Positions 28,630-39,479 are shown, counted from the first letter of the stretch. The stretch: 64,000 bases of DNA from Planctomycetota bacterium (GCA_003389215.1 QQVP01000064.1:1468-65467); one strand, 5' to 3'. The notes: generated by a model not told the origin, from the sequence alone. Program-made: numbers and translations.

Positions 28630-31203
28630 ATGAAATTGTCCGGCACCACATTCTACGATCGCTGGTATTGGCTGATCTTGTTGGCGTTCGTAGCCGGCTT
28701 GCCGGTGATCGGCTGGGGTGCGTTTCAGGCGGGCCAGACGCATAACAACAACATTCAAAAGTGGTTGCCCGACGACTTCGAAGAGTCGATCAACCATCGA
28801 CGCTTTCTCAGCTACTTCGGTTCCGACGAATTCGTGCTGGTCAGTTGGGAAGGCTGCACGCTCGACGATCCGCGGATTCCGAGTTTCGCCGAGCTGGTCC
28901 GGCGGCATACCGTTCCCGAAGAAGAGGGCGCGGAAATCGCCGCGGACAACGAGCAGCTCTTCGCCCGCGTGACGACCGGCCCGGAACTGCTGGACGATCT
29001 CATGGCGGAGCCGCTTGAGTTGCCGCGCGAAGAGGCACTGGAACGGCTTTACGGATTGATCGTGGGCCGCGAGTCGCGGATCACCGGCACGATCGTCGTG
29101 CTCTCGGAAAAGGGCGACGAAGACCGCGTTGCGACGGTGAAGCGACTCGCCGAGTTGGCGGTCACCGAGCTGGGCATTCCCGCGCCCGATCTGCGCATGG
29201 TCGGCGACGCCGTGACCAACGCGGCCGTCGACCTGGAGAGCGAGAGCGCGATCCAGGGCCTGTTGGCCGCGGCGGGGTTGATCGCGCTGACGATGGCCAT
29301 TCTCAGCCTCCGCAGCTTCCGCCTGCTCACGGTCGTGCTGGTCGTGGCCATCTTCTGCTACGTCTGGTCGGAAGCGATGGTCTACTACCTCGACTTCTCC
29401 TCCTTCTCGCGGTTCTTCGGCGGCAAGATGAACCTGGTGCTGGTCGTCATGCCGGTGCTGGTCTATGTATTGACGATGTCGGCGGGCGTGCATCTGGTCA
29501 ACTATTACCGCGACGCGGCGGCCGAGTCGTCGATGTTGGGGGCCCCGGCCGAAGCGATTGATCACGGTTGGATTCCCTGCACGCTGGCCGCCGGCACGAC
29601 CGCGGTGGGCGTCGGCTCGCTGGCCGTCAGTAGTATTCAGCCGGTGCGCGATTTCGGCAGTTACTCGGCCGTCGGTATTCTGATCAGCCTGGCGGCGCTG
29701 TTCTTGCTGCTGCCGGCCCTGTTGGTGTTTTTCGACAAGCTGTGGATTCGCCTCCGCGGCGGCCGCGTTCCCAATTGGCCCCACGGTGAGGGCGAGTTGC
29801 TCTCCGAGCGGAGCAGTTGGGTCGACCGCATCGGTGCGGCGCTCGTCCATCGCCACACGGTGACCTCGACGGTCTGCCTGCTGGTGTTGCTCTTCTTCGC
29901 GGCCGGCGCCGCCCAGGTCCGCACCGATTTGAACCCGCGGAAGTTCTTCGACGCCAAACACCGCCTGAACTTGGACTACGCCTGGCTGGGGGAAAATATC
30001 GGGCCGCACACGCCGATCGAAATCGTCGTCGAGTTCGACGCCGCCGAATCGCGGCTGAATCTGTACGACCAGTACGAGCTGGTGGCCGAAGTCGAAGAGC
30101 GGGTCCGTCAGACCGACGAGATTCGCGCCACCCTGTCGCCGACGACGTTTCGACCTTCGCGAGACAAAGTCGACTCGGAGCTCGAAGAGGACCGCGTGGT
30201 GCTCCGCGGCGTGGCCAACAAGCGACTCGACGAGAACCGAACCCGCCTGGCCGATTCGCTGCTGCTCGCCGAGGACGGCGATGTCCGCCTGTGGCGCATC
30301 TCGTGCCGTTCGCGGGGCCTGGAGGGCAACGAAGGCTTCGACGAAATCTATAAGGCGGTCCGCGGCGAGGTGGAAAGATTCTTCGCAGAACGAACCCGCC
30401 AGTATGAGGAGCGCAAGCGGTTGATCGCCGAGAAGTCGGCCGAGAATCGCCGCAAACTGGAGACCTGGTTTGCCGAAAAGCAGCAGACGCTGGCCGACCA
30501 GCCGGACGAGTTGGCCAAACACGCCCGGCAACGCGAGCTGTCGCTGGAGGACATCGCCCGTCAGGAGCGGCTGGCCTTGGCCGACTTGGACAACCCCAAC
30601 ACCGGCATCACGCACATGGTGACCGGCATGGTCCCGCTCTTTTATGTCGCTCAGAACGAGTTGTTCGAAAGCCTCGTCTACAGCTTCGCGCTGGCCTTCG
30701 GTCTGATCGCCGTGCTGATGGTGATCTTACTCAAGAGCACCCGGGCAGGCCTGCTCTCGATGCTCCCGAACGTCTTTCCCGTGGCCGTGATTTTCGGGGC
30801 CATGGGCTGGTGGGGTCGCACGATCGACATCGGCTCGATGATGACCGCCAGCGTCGCGATGGGCATCGCGGTCGACGACACGGTTCACTTTCTCACCTGG
30901 TTCCGTCGCGGCATGCACGACGGCATGACACGGCCCGCCGCGGTGCGACACGCCTATCGGCGTTGTGCGATGGCCATGATTCAAACCACGGCCATCGCGG
31001 GGCTCAGCCTGTTGGTGTTCGGCATGAGTCACTTCCAGCCCGTCTCGCAGTTCGGCACGCTCATGTTTCTGCTGCTGATTGGGGCCCTGGTCGGCGACCT
31101 GGTGTTTCTGCCCGCATTGTTGGCGGGTCGAGCCGGCAGTCTCTTCGAAGAGAAGCATTCCCAGGCGACCGTCGCGCCTCAGCCGCAACCGGCCGAGGTG
31201 TAG
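28630..31203 (+). CDS. MMPL/RND family transporter
   Basis: Two TM-repeat halves; GIAVDDTVHF; coiled-coil insertion in second extracytoplasmic loop. Confidence 0.88.
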   Translation: MKLSGTTFYDRWYWLILLAFVAGLPVIGWGAFQAGQTHNNNIQKWLPDDFEESINHRRFLSYFGSDEFVLVSWEGCTLDDPRIPSFAELVRRHTVPEEEGAEIAADNEQLFARVTTGPELLDDLMAEPLELPREEALERLYGLIVGRESRITGTIVVLSEKGDEDRVATVKRLAELAVTELGIPAPDLRMVGDAVTNAAVDLESESAIQGLLAAAGLIALTMAILSLRSFRLLTVVLVVAIFCYVWSEAMVYYLDFSSFSRFFGGKMNLVLVVMPVLVYVLTMSAGVHLVNYYRDAAAESSMLGAPAEAIDHGWIPCTLAAGTTAVGVGSLAVSSIQPVRDFGSYSAVGILISLAALFLLLPALLVFFDKLWIRLRGGRVPNWPHGEGELLSERSSWVDRIGAALVHRHTVTSTVCLLVLLFFAAGAAQVRTDLNPRKFFDAKHRLNLDYAWLGENIGPHTPIEIVVEFDAAESRLNLYDQYELVAEVEERVRQTDEIRATLSPTTFRPSRDKVDSELEEDRVVLRGVANKRLDENRTRLADSLLLAEDGDVRLWRISCRSRGLEGNEGFDEIYKAVRGEVERFFAERTRQYEERKRLIAEKSAENRRKLETWFAEKQQTLADQPDELAKHARQRELSLEDIARQERLALADLDNPNTGITHMVTGMVPLFYVAQNELFESLVYSFALAFGLIAVLMVILLKSTRAGLLSMLPNVFPVAVIFGAMGWWGRTIDIGSMMTASVAMGIAVDDTVHFLTWFRRGMHDGMTRPAAVRHAYRRCAMAMIQTTAIAGLSLLVFGMSHFQPVSQFGTLMFLLLIGALVGDLVFLPALLAGRAGSLFEEKHSQATVAPQPQPAEV

Positions 31204-31205
31204 GT

Positions 31206-31239
31206 GGCCGCCTGTAGATAGGCCGCCTGTCGATAGGCC
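31206..31239. repeat. 15-bp tandem duplication between convergent genes
   Basis: GGCCGCCTGT(A/C)GATA x2 plus GGCC. Confidence 0.75.
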
Positions 31240-31278
31240 ACGCACCGTCACGTCGGTGCGTTGGAAACTAAACGCGCT

Positions 31279-33219
31279 CTAACCGTCGTGAAAGGCCCGC
31301 CGCGCCTCGAACGCTTCCAGTCGTTGCCGATAGTCGCTCGACTGCTCCGGCGCGGCAAGCTCGACGGCCCGCTGGGCGAAGTCGATTGCCTCGTCGAAGT
31401 CGCCCGCCTCGGCTCGGGCACAGGCCAGCACGTCGAGCCAGGTCGGCGAGTTCCAGCCGGTCGCTTGGCAGCCGGTTCGCGCAATGTTCGTGGCCGCCGC
31501 GCCGTCGCGGTAGCGGGCGTCCGGGGCCGTGGCGCGAATCCAGGCCAGCTGGCGATGGGCCTCGCCGAGCCGCGGGGCCAATTCGAGGGTCCGCGCGAGG
31601 TCGGCCAGGGCGGCGGGATAATCGCCCAGCTGGCGAGCCACAATCGCCCGCTGCAGATAGCCCTGCGTCAGCGGGTTTGCGGTCGCCTCGGCCAGGTCGA
31701 TCGCCGTCGAGAAGTCGGCCCGCGCCTGAGGCAAGTTTCCGAGCGCCCGGTGGGCGAGGCCGCGATTGAAGATCGCCCGCAGATCGTGCGGGTCGATGGC
31801 GAGGGCGTCGCTGAAATCGCGCTGGGCGCGGCGGAAGTCGCCGCTTCGGGCATACACCCGACCGCGATTGTTGAACGCCCGATTGCGTTGGGCGGCGGCT
31901 TCCGGGAACGCGTGCGGATTCTTGGCCAGGACGTCGTTCCACAGCCCGATCGGATCGCGCCAGACGTCGTTGCGCAGATGCGTGGCGGTGGCCAATAGGA
32001 GGAGCGTCGCCACGACGAGCCCCGTGGCGGTTCGCGGCCACCATGAAGCGCCGCGTACGACGCCGTATCCGCCGAGGAGCGCGAACCCGAACAGCGGCAG
32101 GTACAACCGGTGCTCGTAGATCATCTCAAGCGGCAACACGGTCGACTCGATCGCCAGGTGTACCAGGAACCAGGCGATCGCGAAAGAGAGCCATCGCCAG
32201 CGGCGGGCCGACATCACGGCCATCGCGGCCAGGGTAATGACAAAGAGTAGGGCGGCGGCAGTGGCGGGTTCGTACAACGAACGCGACGTCTCGATCGAGT
32301 GCAACAGGTTCAGGCGGGCCGGCGAGGGGAAGACGATCAGGCTCAGGTAGTGCACGACGACGCGCGGTTGCGTCATAAGCCGCTCGCCGAGCGTGAAGTC
32401 GCGCAGGGCGTAACCCCGTTCGAGTCGGCTCCCCAGGTCGCCGTCGACGTAGTAGGCCGCGACGACGCCCAGCACGGCGGCCGCCGGCACCAGCAGCCAG
32501 GCCAGCCGGCGACGCGATCGTTGCCAGGAGAGCTCGCGGAAGAAATAGAGTTCGTAGAGCAAGATGGCCACCGGCAGCGTGGCGGCGATCTGCTTGCTTC
32601 CCAGGGCCAGGATCCAGGACACAAGTGCGACCAGCCACAGCACGACGCGGACGGGGCGATTCTTCTGTTGGCGTCCCACGGCGTAAAGCAGCAGGGCCAA
32701 GAGGTAGAACAGCGCCGCCATGCTCGTCATCCGCTGCACGGTGTAGGTGACGGCCTGGGTCTGTAGCGGATGGACCAGGAACACCGCCGCCGCGACCAAG
32801 GCACCCCAGCGGGAGAGCCGTCGCGAGTCGTTGCTCTGGTCTGAAGCGACACCTAGGCTCAGCGTTACGAGCGTGAGGAAGTAGACGACGATTCCGGCCG
32901 CCAGGTGAATGCCGATGTTGACCACGTGATAGGCGGCGAGGTCGCGACCGAAAAGGGCGTGATTGAGCGCGAAGCTCGCATAGGCCAGCGGCCGATCGTT
33001 ATCGCGGCTTCCCCACGCGGCCTCGGCGAGCTCCGACCACGAAAGGGTCTCGACGTCGAGTGCCGCATTCTGCTCGATGTTCGCCACATCGTCGAAAACC
33101 AACGGTACATCGAGCGTATGTCCGTAGATCGCCACGGTCGCCAGGCACAACAGCGACAGCGCCATCCAGTGCGCCGGCAGGGCGTGCCGAGGTTCGTTCG
33201 ACCCGAGGTGGGAATTCAT
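31279..33219 (-). CDS. TMTC-like membrane glycosyltransferase with C-terminal TPRs
   Basis: FDD..NI..N, RPL...SFALN, HPLQTQAVTY..QR, EHRLYLP, RN.VW; TPR repeats. Confidence 0.85.
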   Translation of the reverse strand: MNSHLGSNEPRHALPAHWMALSLLCLATVAIYGHTLDVPLVFDDVANIEQNAALDVETLSWSELAEAAWGSRDNDRPLAYASFALNHALFGRDLAAYHVVNIGIHLAAGIVVYFLTLVTLSLGVASDQSNDSRRLSRWGALVAAAVFLVHPLQTQAVTYTVQRMTSMAALFYLLALLLYAVGRQQKNRPVRVVLWLVALVSWILALGSKQIAATLPVAILLYELYFFRELSWQRSRRRLAWLLVPAAAVLGVVAAYYVDGDLGSRLERGYALRDFTLGERLMTQPRVVVHYLSLIVFPSPARLNLLHSIETSRSLYEPATAAALLFVITLAAMAVMSARRWRWLSFAIAWFLVHLAIESTVLPLEMIYEHRLYLPLFGFALLGGYGVVRGASWWPRTATGLVVATLLLLATATHLRNDVWRDPIGLWNDVLAKNPHAFPEAAAQRNRAFNNRGRVYARSGDFRRAQRDFSDALAIDPHDLRAIFNRGLAHRALGNLPQARADFSTAIDLAEATANPLTQGYLQRAIVARQLGDYPAALADLARTLELAPRLGEAHRQLAWIRATAPDARYRDGAAATNIARTGCQATGWNSPTWLDVLACARAEAGDFDEAIDFAQRAVELAAPEQSSDYRQRLEAFEARRAFHDG

Positions 33220-33452
33220 GGTAAGGGGCAGGTGGGGCGTTCGCGGCCATCGCGGCGGCACGGACGCAGGAGGTAGGGAACTTCGCAGCCAAAGCGTACC
33301 TCACGGTGCCCGTCCGAGCGGTTCGGTCTGCGACGATTGCAGCGATTTGGCCGGTCGCCGTTCCGGCCGGTCGTGCTGCTGAGTGAGAAGCGGGGGCACG
33401 AACTTCAGATCGTCGGAGCAGACGGTTGGAAGTTCGCCCCACCTGCCGCGCT

Positions 33453-33878
33453 TCAGATGTAGTACATCGAGAGCTGATCGCTGGCCGCGGCCTCGACCAG
33501 ATCGGCGAACCGGATCTGCGCCAGTTGGTCGCCCCGGGCGCGGTCGGCCTGCTGCCAGGCGGAGTAGAGGGCGCAACAGAGCGGGTCGACGCGGTCGCCC
33601 GGCTTCTCGCACACGGGCGGGCCGTCGATGACCTCGACGACATCGGCCAGGGTGATCTCTTCGGGCGAGCGCGCCAGGCGATAGCCGCCGCTGGCCCCCC
33701 GCGTGCTTTCCACAAGCCCCGCCGCCTTGAGCTGCAAGAGAATCTGCACGAGGAACCGCGACGGAATCGCGTGGGCCTCGGCGATATCGCGAATTCGCAC
33801 CAGGTCCTCCGCGGCGTACCGGGCGGAGAGCTCGAGCATCGCGATGCAGGCGTATTCGGTCTTGGCAGAGATCTTCAT
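33453..33878 (-). CDS. Rrf2 family transcriptional regulator (CymR-like)
   Basis: MKISAKTEYA, FLVQILLQLK..GLVESTRGASGGYRLA, C-terminal MYYI. Confidence 0.92.
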   Translation of the reverse strand: MKISAKTEYACIAMLELSARYAAEDLVRIRDIAEAHAIPSRFLVQILLQLKAAGLVESTRGASGGYRLARSPEEITLADVVEVIDGPPVCEKPGDRVDPLCCALYSAWQQADRARGDQLAQIRFADLVEAAASDQLSMYYI

Positions 33879-33968
33879 GTGGGGTTCGGTGCGCGACGGG
33901 CTTTGCATTCCGAGCGCCGCGCGGGCCGCCCGGCGCCAGGGAACTACTTATCGCGTTATCGCGCGCAA

Positions 33969-34739
33969 CTACTTATTGTCGCCCAGGGCGTGCAGCCCGC
34001 ACTCGGTCTTGGCGGTGCCCGACCAGCGACCTGCCCGTTCGTCCTCGCCGAACATGACACTGCGGGTGCAGGGCCAGCAGCCGATGCTGGGATATCCCTG
34101 GTCGTGCAAGGGGTTGTAGGGAACGTCTTCGTCCGTGATCCGCTTCCAGACGTCGGCCTTCGTCCAGTTGGCCAGCGGGTTGATCTTGACGAGATTGAAC
34201 TTGCTGTCCCAACCGACAATCGGCGCCTCGGCCCGGTCGGGACTCTGGTTGCGGCGGATGCCGGTCAGCCAGGCGTGCATGCCGACGACCGACTCGCGCA
34301 AGACCTTCACCTTGCGGTGAAAGCAACACTGATCGGGATTGGTCTTGTAGAGCGGACCGCCGTTGGCGCGCTCAAATTCCTCGACACTTTGTTCGTGACT
34401 GTGGTAGGCCACCGTGAGGCCGTACTTCGCGGCGAGGCGATCGCGGAGCTCCAACGTCTCGCGAAACTGATAACCGGTTTCCAGGTTGAAAACATAGACG
34501 TCTTTGTTGATCTTCGAGAGCATCGAGAGGATCACGCAGCCTTCGGGGCCGAAGGCGGTGGCCATCGTCAGCTTCGGAAAGAACCGCGCGACGGCGTAGC
34601 GGAGAATCTCCTCGGGCGGGGCCGTTTCCAGCCGCGCGCTCGCCTCGGCCAACTCCGCCAGCAGCTCGTCGGTCGGTTCCAGGTGCGGTTCGTCGCGGAA
34701 CATTGCCGGATTGGGTTTGAGAGCGGTGTCCGTAGCCAT
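33969..34739 (-). CDS. cysH: (Phospho)adenylyl-sulfate reductase
   Basis: LETGYQF, CC...KV, GYPSIGCWPCT, ERAGRW, ECGLH. Confidence 0.95.
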   Translation of the reverse strand: MATDTALKPNPAMFRDEPHLEPTDELLAELAEASARLETAPPEEILRYAVARFFPKLTMATAFGPEGCVILSMLSKINKDVYVFNLETGYQFRETLELRDRLAAKYGLTVAYHSHEQSVEEFERANGGPLYKTNPDQCCFHRKVKVLRESVVGMHAWLTGIRRNQSPDRAEAPIVGWDSKFNLVKINPLANWTKADVWKRITDEDVPYNPLHDQGYPSIGCWPCTRSVMFGEDERAGRWSGTAKTECGLHALGDNK

Positions 34740-35158
34740 GGTAGTCAATGTTTAGTAAGTTGGTAATGAAAGTCAACATTATGCCCTGTATCTAGATTCG
34801 GTCACTGCCCGCGGAGTTCTGCAATCTGTATCGATTTTGCCGGCAATTTGCGGGGTTTGGGAGGCACTTGCGGGCCTTTGGCCCCTGCAGATCAATCGGC
34901 GAATGCTTATGCGATAGGGCCGCGAGGGTCAAGATCTTGAATTCGGAATTATTGGGGAAAGAATGCCCCTGGCGGGCAGCGATCGACGCGGTCAGCTGCG
35001 GCTTCGCCTGGCATAACTGCTGTGGCGGGTTCGAGTCGCTCGACTGGCGCACGTCATTTTCGCGCTACCACAGGTGGCAATCGTCAGAGGCCGAGCCCCC
35101 TGGCGCGACCTGAATCGGCTATTCGGCCTGGGCAAGCAAAAACTTCGTCGGCCGGTTT

Positions 35159-35187
35159 TTGACCCGCGCCAGAACGTGACCTATATT
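35159..35187 (+). promoter_or_regulatory. Sigma-70-type promoter
   Basis: TTGACC-N17-TATATT upstream of the S41 protease gene. Confidence 0.55.
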
Positions 35188-35351
35188 GAACTGGCTGGAA
35201 GACTAGACCCGTCTTTTGCCGGTTCGTCCGCGGCGGCCATTTGGCCACGGCGGGACGACGTAAGCTCAGCGAGGGACTGTTGAGCCAGGCGATTGGAGTC
35301 GCACGGAGAGCGACGACCAATCCACGCGCTTTTCCTCACTGGGTCCTAGTA

Positions 35352-37046
35352 ATGCAGCCTTCGCTTCTCGTTCGCGACTCAATTCGTATCGCGGTATCCC
35401 GACTGGCCCTGCTGGCCGTCACGGTATTCCCCCTCGGTTTGGTCCCCGCGCCCGCGATGGCGCAAGTGCGGATCGTCGAGCCCGGGACGACTTCCAGCCC
35501 CGCGGCGGAAGCCGGCCTCGAGGCGGTCTATCAGCAAGGGCGTCAGCTCGAAGAGGCCCAGCAGTGGGGCGAGGCGGTCTCGCACTACGAAGACGCCCTC
35601 AAGCAGAATCCACAAGATCGGCAACTGCGCCGCCGGCACGACGCGGCCAAGATGCACTACGACCTGGGTCGCCGGTACAACGATCGCAGTTTTCGTCAGA
35701 CGCTCACCGCGCTCGACCAGCGGCAGGTGCTCGACCTCTATGACGAGGTGCTGCTGAAGATCGACACCCATCACGTCGACGAGCCGAACTGGCGCCGGCT
35801 CGTGGCCCGTGGTGCCGAGTGTCTCTCGGTGGCCCTGGACGAGAAGCCGTTCCGCGATCGCCACCTGGCCGGGGTCAGCGACGCCCAGATTGCGGCGCTG
35901 CGACGCGACTTGCAACAGTCGGTAGCCGGTCGGGTCATTCGCACGCGACGCGACGCCCGCCACGCCGTCGTCACCGCGACGCAGTTGGCCCGACATCACG
36001 CAGGCTTGCCTGCCGCCGCCGTGGTGATGGAATTCGTGAGCGGAGCCGTGGGCGGACTGGACACCTACTCCGCCTACCTGACCGGCGATCAGCTGCGTGA
36101 CGTCTACTCGCAGATTGACGGTAACTTTGTCGGACTGGGCATCGAGCTGAAGTCGGACGGCGAAGGCCTGCTGATCATGGGCGTGATCGGCGGCAGCCCG
36201 GCGTCGCAGGCCGGCATCGTGGTCGGCGATCGCATCACTTCGGTCGATGGACAGAGCACCCAGGGCCTCTCGACGGACGAAGCCGCCAATCTGCTGCAGG
36301 GTCCGGAAGGGAGCTCGGCACGACTGGTCGTGCTGGGTGCCGACGGCGTCAATCGTCTGCTGAACGTCGAGCGTAAGCATGTCGACGTGCCCAGTGTCGA
36401 CGACATTCAGATCGTCGACGAGCAGCACGGGGTGGGATATCTGCGTTTGGTCGGATTTCAGCGGACGACGAGCCGCGACCTCGATCGGGCCTTGCTGCAG
36501 CTGCACCGCCAGGGGATGCGCAGCCTGATCATCGACCTGCGCGGCAACCCGGGCGGCTTGTTGACCGCGTCGGTGGAAGTTGCCGATCGGTTCGTCAATC
36601 GCGGCACGATTGTCTCGACGCGTGGCCGCAGCAAGCAGGAAGATTACGACTACTCGGCCCGTCAGGTCTCGACGTGGCGCGTGCCGCTGGTCGTGCTGAT
36701 CGACGAGAACAGTGCCAGCGCCAGCGAGATTTTCGCAGCGGCGATTCGCGATCATCGCCGCGGCACGATCGTCGGGCATCGCAGTTACGGCAAGGGCTCG
36801 GTGCAAGGCATCTTCCCGCTCAGTGCCACCGGCGCGGGACTGCGACTGACGACCGCCAAGTTCTACTCGCCGACGGGCAAGCCCATCAGCAACATCGGCG
36901 TCTCGCCGGACGTCGTCGTTCGCGAAGCCGCCCGACCGGTCATGCAGCAGGCGACGCAGGTCGATCCGACGGCCCCGCGGGTTGCCTCCGACGTGGTCCT
37001 CGACGCCGGCATCGAGGCGGCCCAGCAGCTGATCGCCAAACGCTAG
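35352..37046 (+). CDS. S41 family carboxyl-terminal protease (TPR-PDZ-peptidase)
   Basis: FVGLGIE PDZ, IDLRGNPGGLL, SASASEI, SYGKGSVQ; signal peptide. Confidence 0.93.
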   Translation: MQPSLLVRDSIRIAVSRLALLAVTVFPLGLVPAPAMAQVRIVEPGTTSSPAAEAGLEAVYQQGRQLEEAQQWGEAVSHYEDALKQNPQDRQLRRRHDAAKMHYDLGRRYNDRSFRQTLTALDQRQVLDLYDEVLLKIDTHHVDEPNWRRLVARGAECLSVALDEKPFRDRHLAGVSDAQIAALRRDLQQSVAGRVIRTRRDARHAVVTATQLARHHAGLPAAAVVMEFVSGAVGGLDTYSAYLTGDQLRDVYSQIDGNFVGLGIELKSDGEGLLIMGVIGGSPASQAGIVVGDRITSVDGQSTQGLSTDEAANLLQGPEGSSARLVVLGADGVNRLLNVERKHVDVPSVDDIQIVDEQHGVGYLRLVGFQRTTSRDLDRALLQLHRQGMRSLIIDLRGNPGGLLTASVEVADRFVNRGTIVSTRGRSKQEDYDYSARQVSTWRVPLVVLIDENSASASEIFAAAIRDHRRGTIVGHRSYGKGSVQGIFPLSATGAGLRLTTAKFYSPTGKPISNIGVSPDVVVREAARPVMQQATQVDPTAPRVASDVVLDAGIEAAQQLIAKR

Positions 37047-37128
37047 AGCTGAGCCGGCCGGCACGTCTTCGATATCCTGACGGTGGTAGCGACCGCGACG
37101 CGTCTCGACGCGTCGTGACCCACAGCCG

Positions 37129-37160
37129 AGAAACCCCGGAATCCACACCGGGGTTTCTTC
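37129..37160 (+). terminator. Intrinsic terminator
   Basis: AGAAACCCCGG-N8-CCGGGGTTTCT. Confidence 0.7.
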
Positions 37161-37287
37161 GCGCGCGGGCGGGCTGGTTGCTTCGCCGCCGGTCGCGGCC
37201 CGCTCACGTTCTTGCCGCAGGCCCGCAAAGTCTCATTGTCTCGGCCACCTTGCCGGCACCGCGTTGGCGGCCGCGGTTTGGCGCCAA

Positions 37288-37315
37288 TTGCAAAACGGGG
37301 CCAATGCCCTATGAT
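37288..37315 (+). promoter_or_regulatory. Sigma-70-type promoter candidate for glnA
   Basis: TTGCAA-N16-TATGAT. Confidence 0.45.
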
Positions 37316-37471
37316 GCTAGTTTCCAGATGGCGGACGGCATCCTTGGGGATGCCGCTGGAAAGTCGAAGCGCGACGGCGCGTTTGGCGGATTGCAGGAAG
37401 CCGAAGCTCAACTCCCGTCCGTGACTGTGAATGTAGGTTGTTTCGGACCGTAGTTTTGAGAGGAGCTTGCT

Positions 37472-38908
37472 GTGAAACCCAAAACACCCAGCGAAGTCTT
37501 GGCCATGTGCCGAGAAAACGACGTGAAGTCGGTCGACTTCCGCTTCATGGACTTTCCCGGTCTCTGGCAGCATTTCACCATTCCGGTGAGCAAGCTGGAG
37601 GAGAGTCTTTTCGAGGACGGTCTCGGCTTTGACGGCTCGAGTATCCGCGGCTGGCAGGCGATCAACGAGAGTGACATGCTCGTCATTCCGCAGGCCGACA
37701 CCGCCTTTCTCGATCCGTTTACCGAGTTGCCGACCGTCTCGATGATCTGCAACATCCAGGATCCCATTACCCGCGAGGACTACACCCGCGACCCTCGCAA
37801 TGTGGCCCGCAAGGCCGTCAACTACATGAAGAGTAGCGGCGTGGCCGACACCTGCTACATCGGCCCGGAAGCTGAGTTCTTCATCTTCGACGACGTCCGT
37901 TTCGACCACACCGCCAACGCCGGTTTCTATCACCTCGACAGCATCGAAGGTCAGTGGAATCGCGGCAAAGATTACATGGCCGTGGGCGAAGGGCCGAACC
38001 TCGGTTACAAGCTGCGTCACAAGGAAGGTTACTTCCCGGTGCCGCCGGCCGATCAGTCGATGGACATCCGCAACGAGATGATGCAGACGATGATCGACTG
38101 TGGGCTGGACGTCGAATGTCAGCACCACGAAGTCGGCACCGCCGGCCAGGCCGAAATCGACTTGAAGTTCGACGAGCTGGTCAACATGGCCGACTCGTTG
38201 ATGATCTATAAGTACATCGTCAAGAACGTGGCTGCCCAGCGGGGTCGCACCGTGACGTTCATGCCCAAGCCGCTCTTCGGCGACAACGGCTCCGGCATGC
38301 ACACGCACATTTCGCTCTGGAAGGGCGAAGAGCCCCTGTTCGCCGGCAGCGGCTATGCCGGGCTGAGCGAAACGGCCTTGCACGGCATCGGCGGCATCTT
38401 GCGACACGCGCCCGCGATTCTGGCCTTCACCAACCCCACCACCAACAGCTACAAGCGACTGGTGCCGGGCTACGAAGCGCCGGTCAATCTGGCCTACTCG
38501 CAGCGGAACCGCAGTGCGGCTTGTCGCATTCCGATGTATAGCGCCAGCCCCAAGGCGAAGCGCGTCGAGTTCCGCTGCCCCGATCCGAGCTGCAATCCGT
38601 ACCTCGCCTTCTCGGCGCTGTTGATGGCGGTTCTGGACGGGGTGCAGAACAAGATCGACCCGGGCGAGCCTCTGGACAAGGATATCTACGACCTCAGCCC
38701 CGAAGAGGCGGCCGAAGTGCCGACCACGCCGGGCTCGCTGGGCGAATCGCTGGCCGCGCTGCGTCGCGACCACGAGTTCCTGCTCAAGGGCGACGTCTTC
38801 ACCAAGGACGTCATCGACACCTGGATCTGGTACAAGACGGCGAACGAAGTCGAGGCCCTCGCCTTGCGTCCGCATCCGTACGAGTTCTGCATGTACTACG
38901 ACATTTAG
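37472..38908 (+). CDS. glnA: Type I glutamine synthetase
   Basis: [44 protein letters not shown] adenylylation loop. Confidence 0.97.
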   Translation: MKPKTPSEVLAMCRENDVKSVDFRFMDFPGLWQHFTIPVSKLEESLFEDGLGFDGSSIRGWQAINESDMLVIPQADTAFLDPFTELPTVSMICNIQDPITREDYTRDPRNVARKAVNYMKSSGVADTCYIGPEAEFFIFDDVRFDHTANAGFYHLDSIEGQWNRGKDYMAVGEGPNLGYKLRHKEGYFPVPPADQSMDIRNEMMQTMIDCGLDVECQHHEVGTAGQAEIDLKFDELVNMADSLMIYKYIVKNVAAQRGRTVTFMPKPLFGDNGSGMHTHISLWKGEEPLFAGSGYAGLSETALHGIGGILRHAPAILAFTNPTTNSYKRLVPGYEAPVNLAYSQRNRSAACRIPMYSASPKAKRVEFRCPDPSCNPYLAFSALLMAVLDGVQNKIDPGEPLDKDIYDLSPEEAAEVPTTPGSLGESLAALRRDHEFLLKGDVFTKDVIDTWIWYKTANEVEALALRPHPYEFCMYYDI

Positions 38909-38948
38909 TCGACTACATCCGTGCTCACTTTAATGTGCCGAAACGAGT

Positions 38949-38984
38949 GCGGGCCGCTTCGCATTGGGAGCGGCCCGCCTTCTT
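38949..38984 (+). terminator. glnA terminator hairpin
   Basis: GCGGGCCGCTTC-N6-GGAGCGGCCCGC followed by CTTCTT. Confidence 0.65.
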
Positions 38985-39056
38985 GCGCCTCGCGAGCTCT
39001 AGATTCCTACTGGTCGCGCGGCGGCCAGTCGTTCGCCAATCGCTTGGTGTCGTCAA

Positions 39057-39479
39057 ATGCACTTGGGCCATTTCTTGGATTTCAAGTCCGAGCCGTCAAT
39101 GGTACTTCTCGGCTGTACTAGCAGGGAGCTCGTTTCTCTCGCGGATCGCTTGAGATCCCTTTCAACGGACGAGGCGATCAACTTGAGCGAGCATTTTGAC
39201 GTCCGATCCGTGGACGACATCGCGCCGCAAATACGTTTTGGATCTCAGGATCGTATTGCGCGTCGCGGTGGTGCCGGTTTCGTTTGGGAATTGACCCGCG
39301 ACGCATTGGCGGAAGCGGTGGACAAGGTCGATGAGCTCTCGAGGACGGATGGCGGTGGCCATCAGTATTTCTCGGAAAGTTGTGCAGACGACGCAGTCAT
39401 CATGATTTCCATTGGCGAATACGACAGCACATGGTGGAGTCGAGCCAGCACTCAGGCGCGAAATCGTGAGCCAAAATAG
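39057..39479 (+). CDS. Hypothetical protein (possibly immunity-like)
   Basis: 140 aa, visibly lower GC than flanks, GHQYF and ISIGEY...WW segments. Confidence 0.65.
   Translation: MHLGHFLDFKSEPSMVLLGCTSRELVSLADRLRSLSTDEAINLSEHFDVRSVDDIAPQIRFGSQDRIARRGGAGFVWELTRDALAEAVDKVDELSRTDGGGHQYFSESCADDAVIMISIGEYDSTWWSRASTQARNREPK

Noticed and set aside
37279-37292. Sigma-54 promoter upstream of glnA (TGGCGCCAATTGCA)
   Set aside because: GG-to-GC spacing is 8 rather than the required 10.
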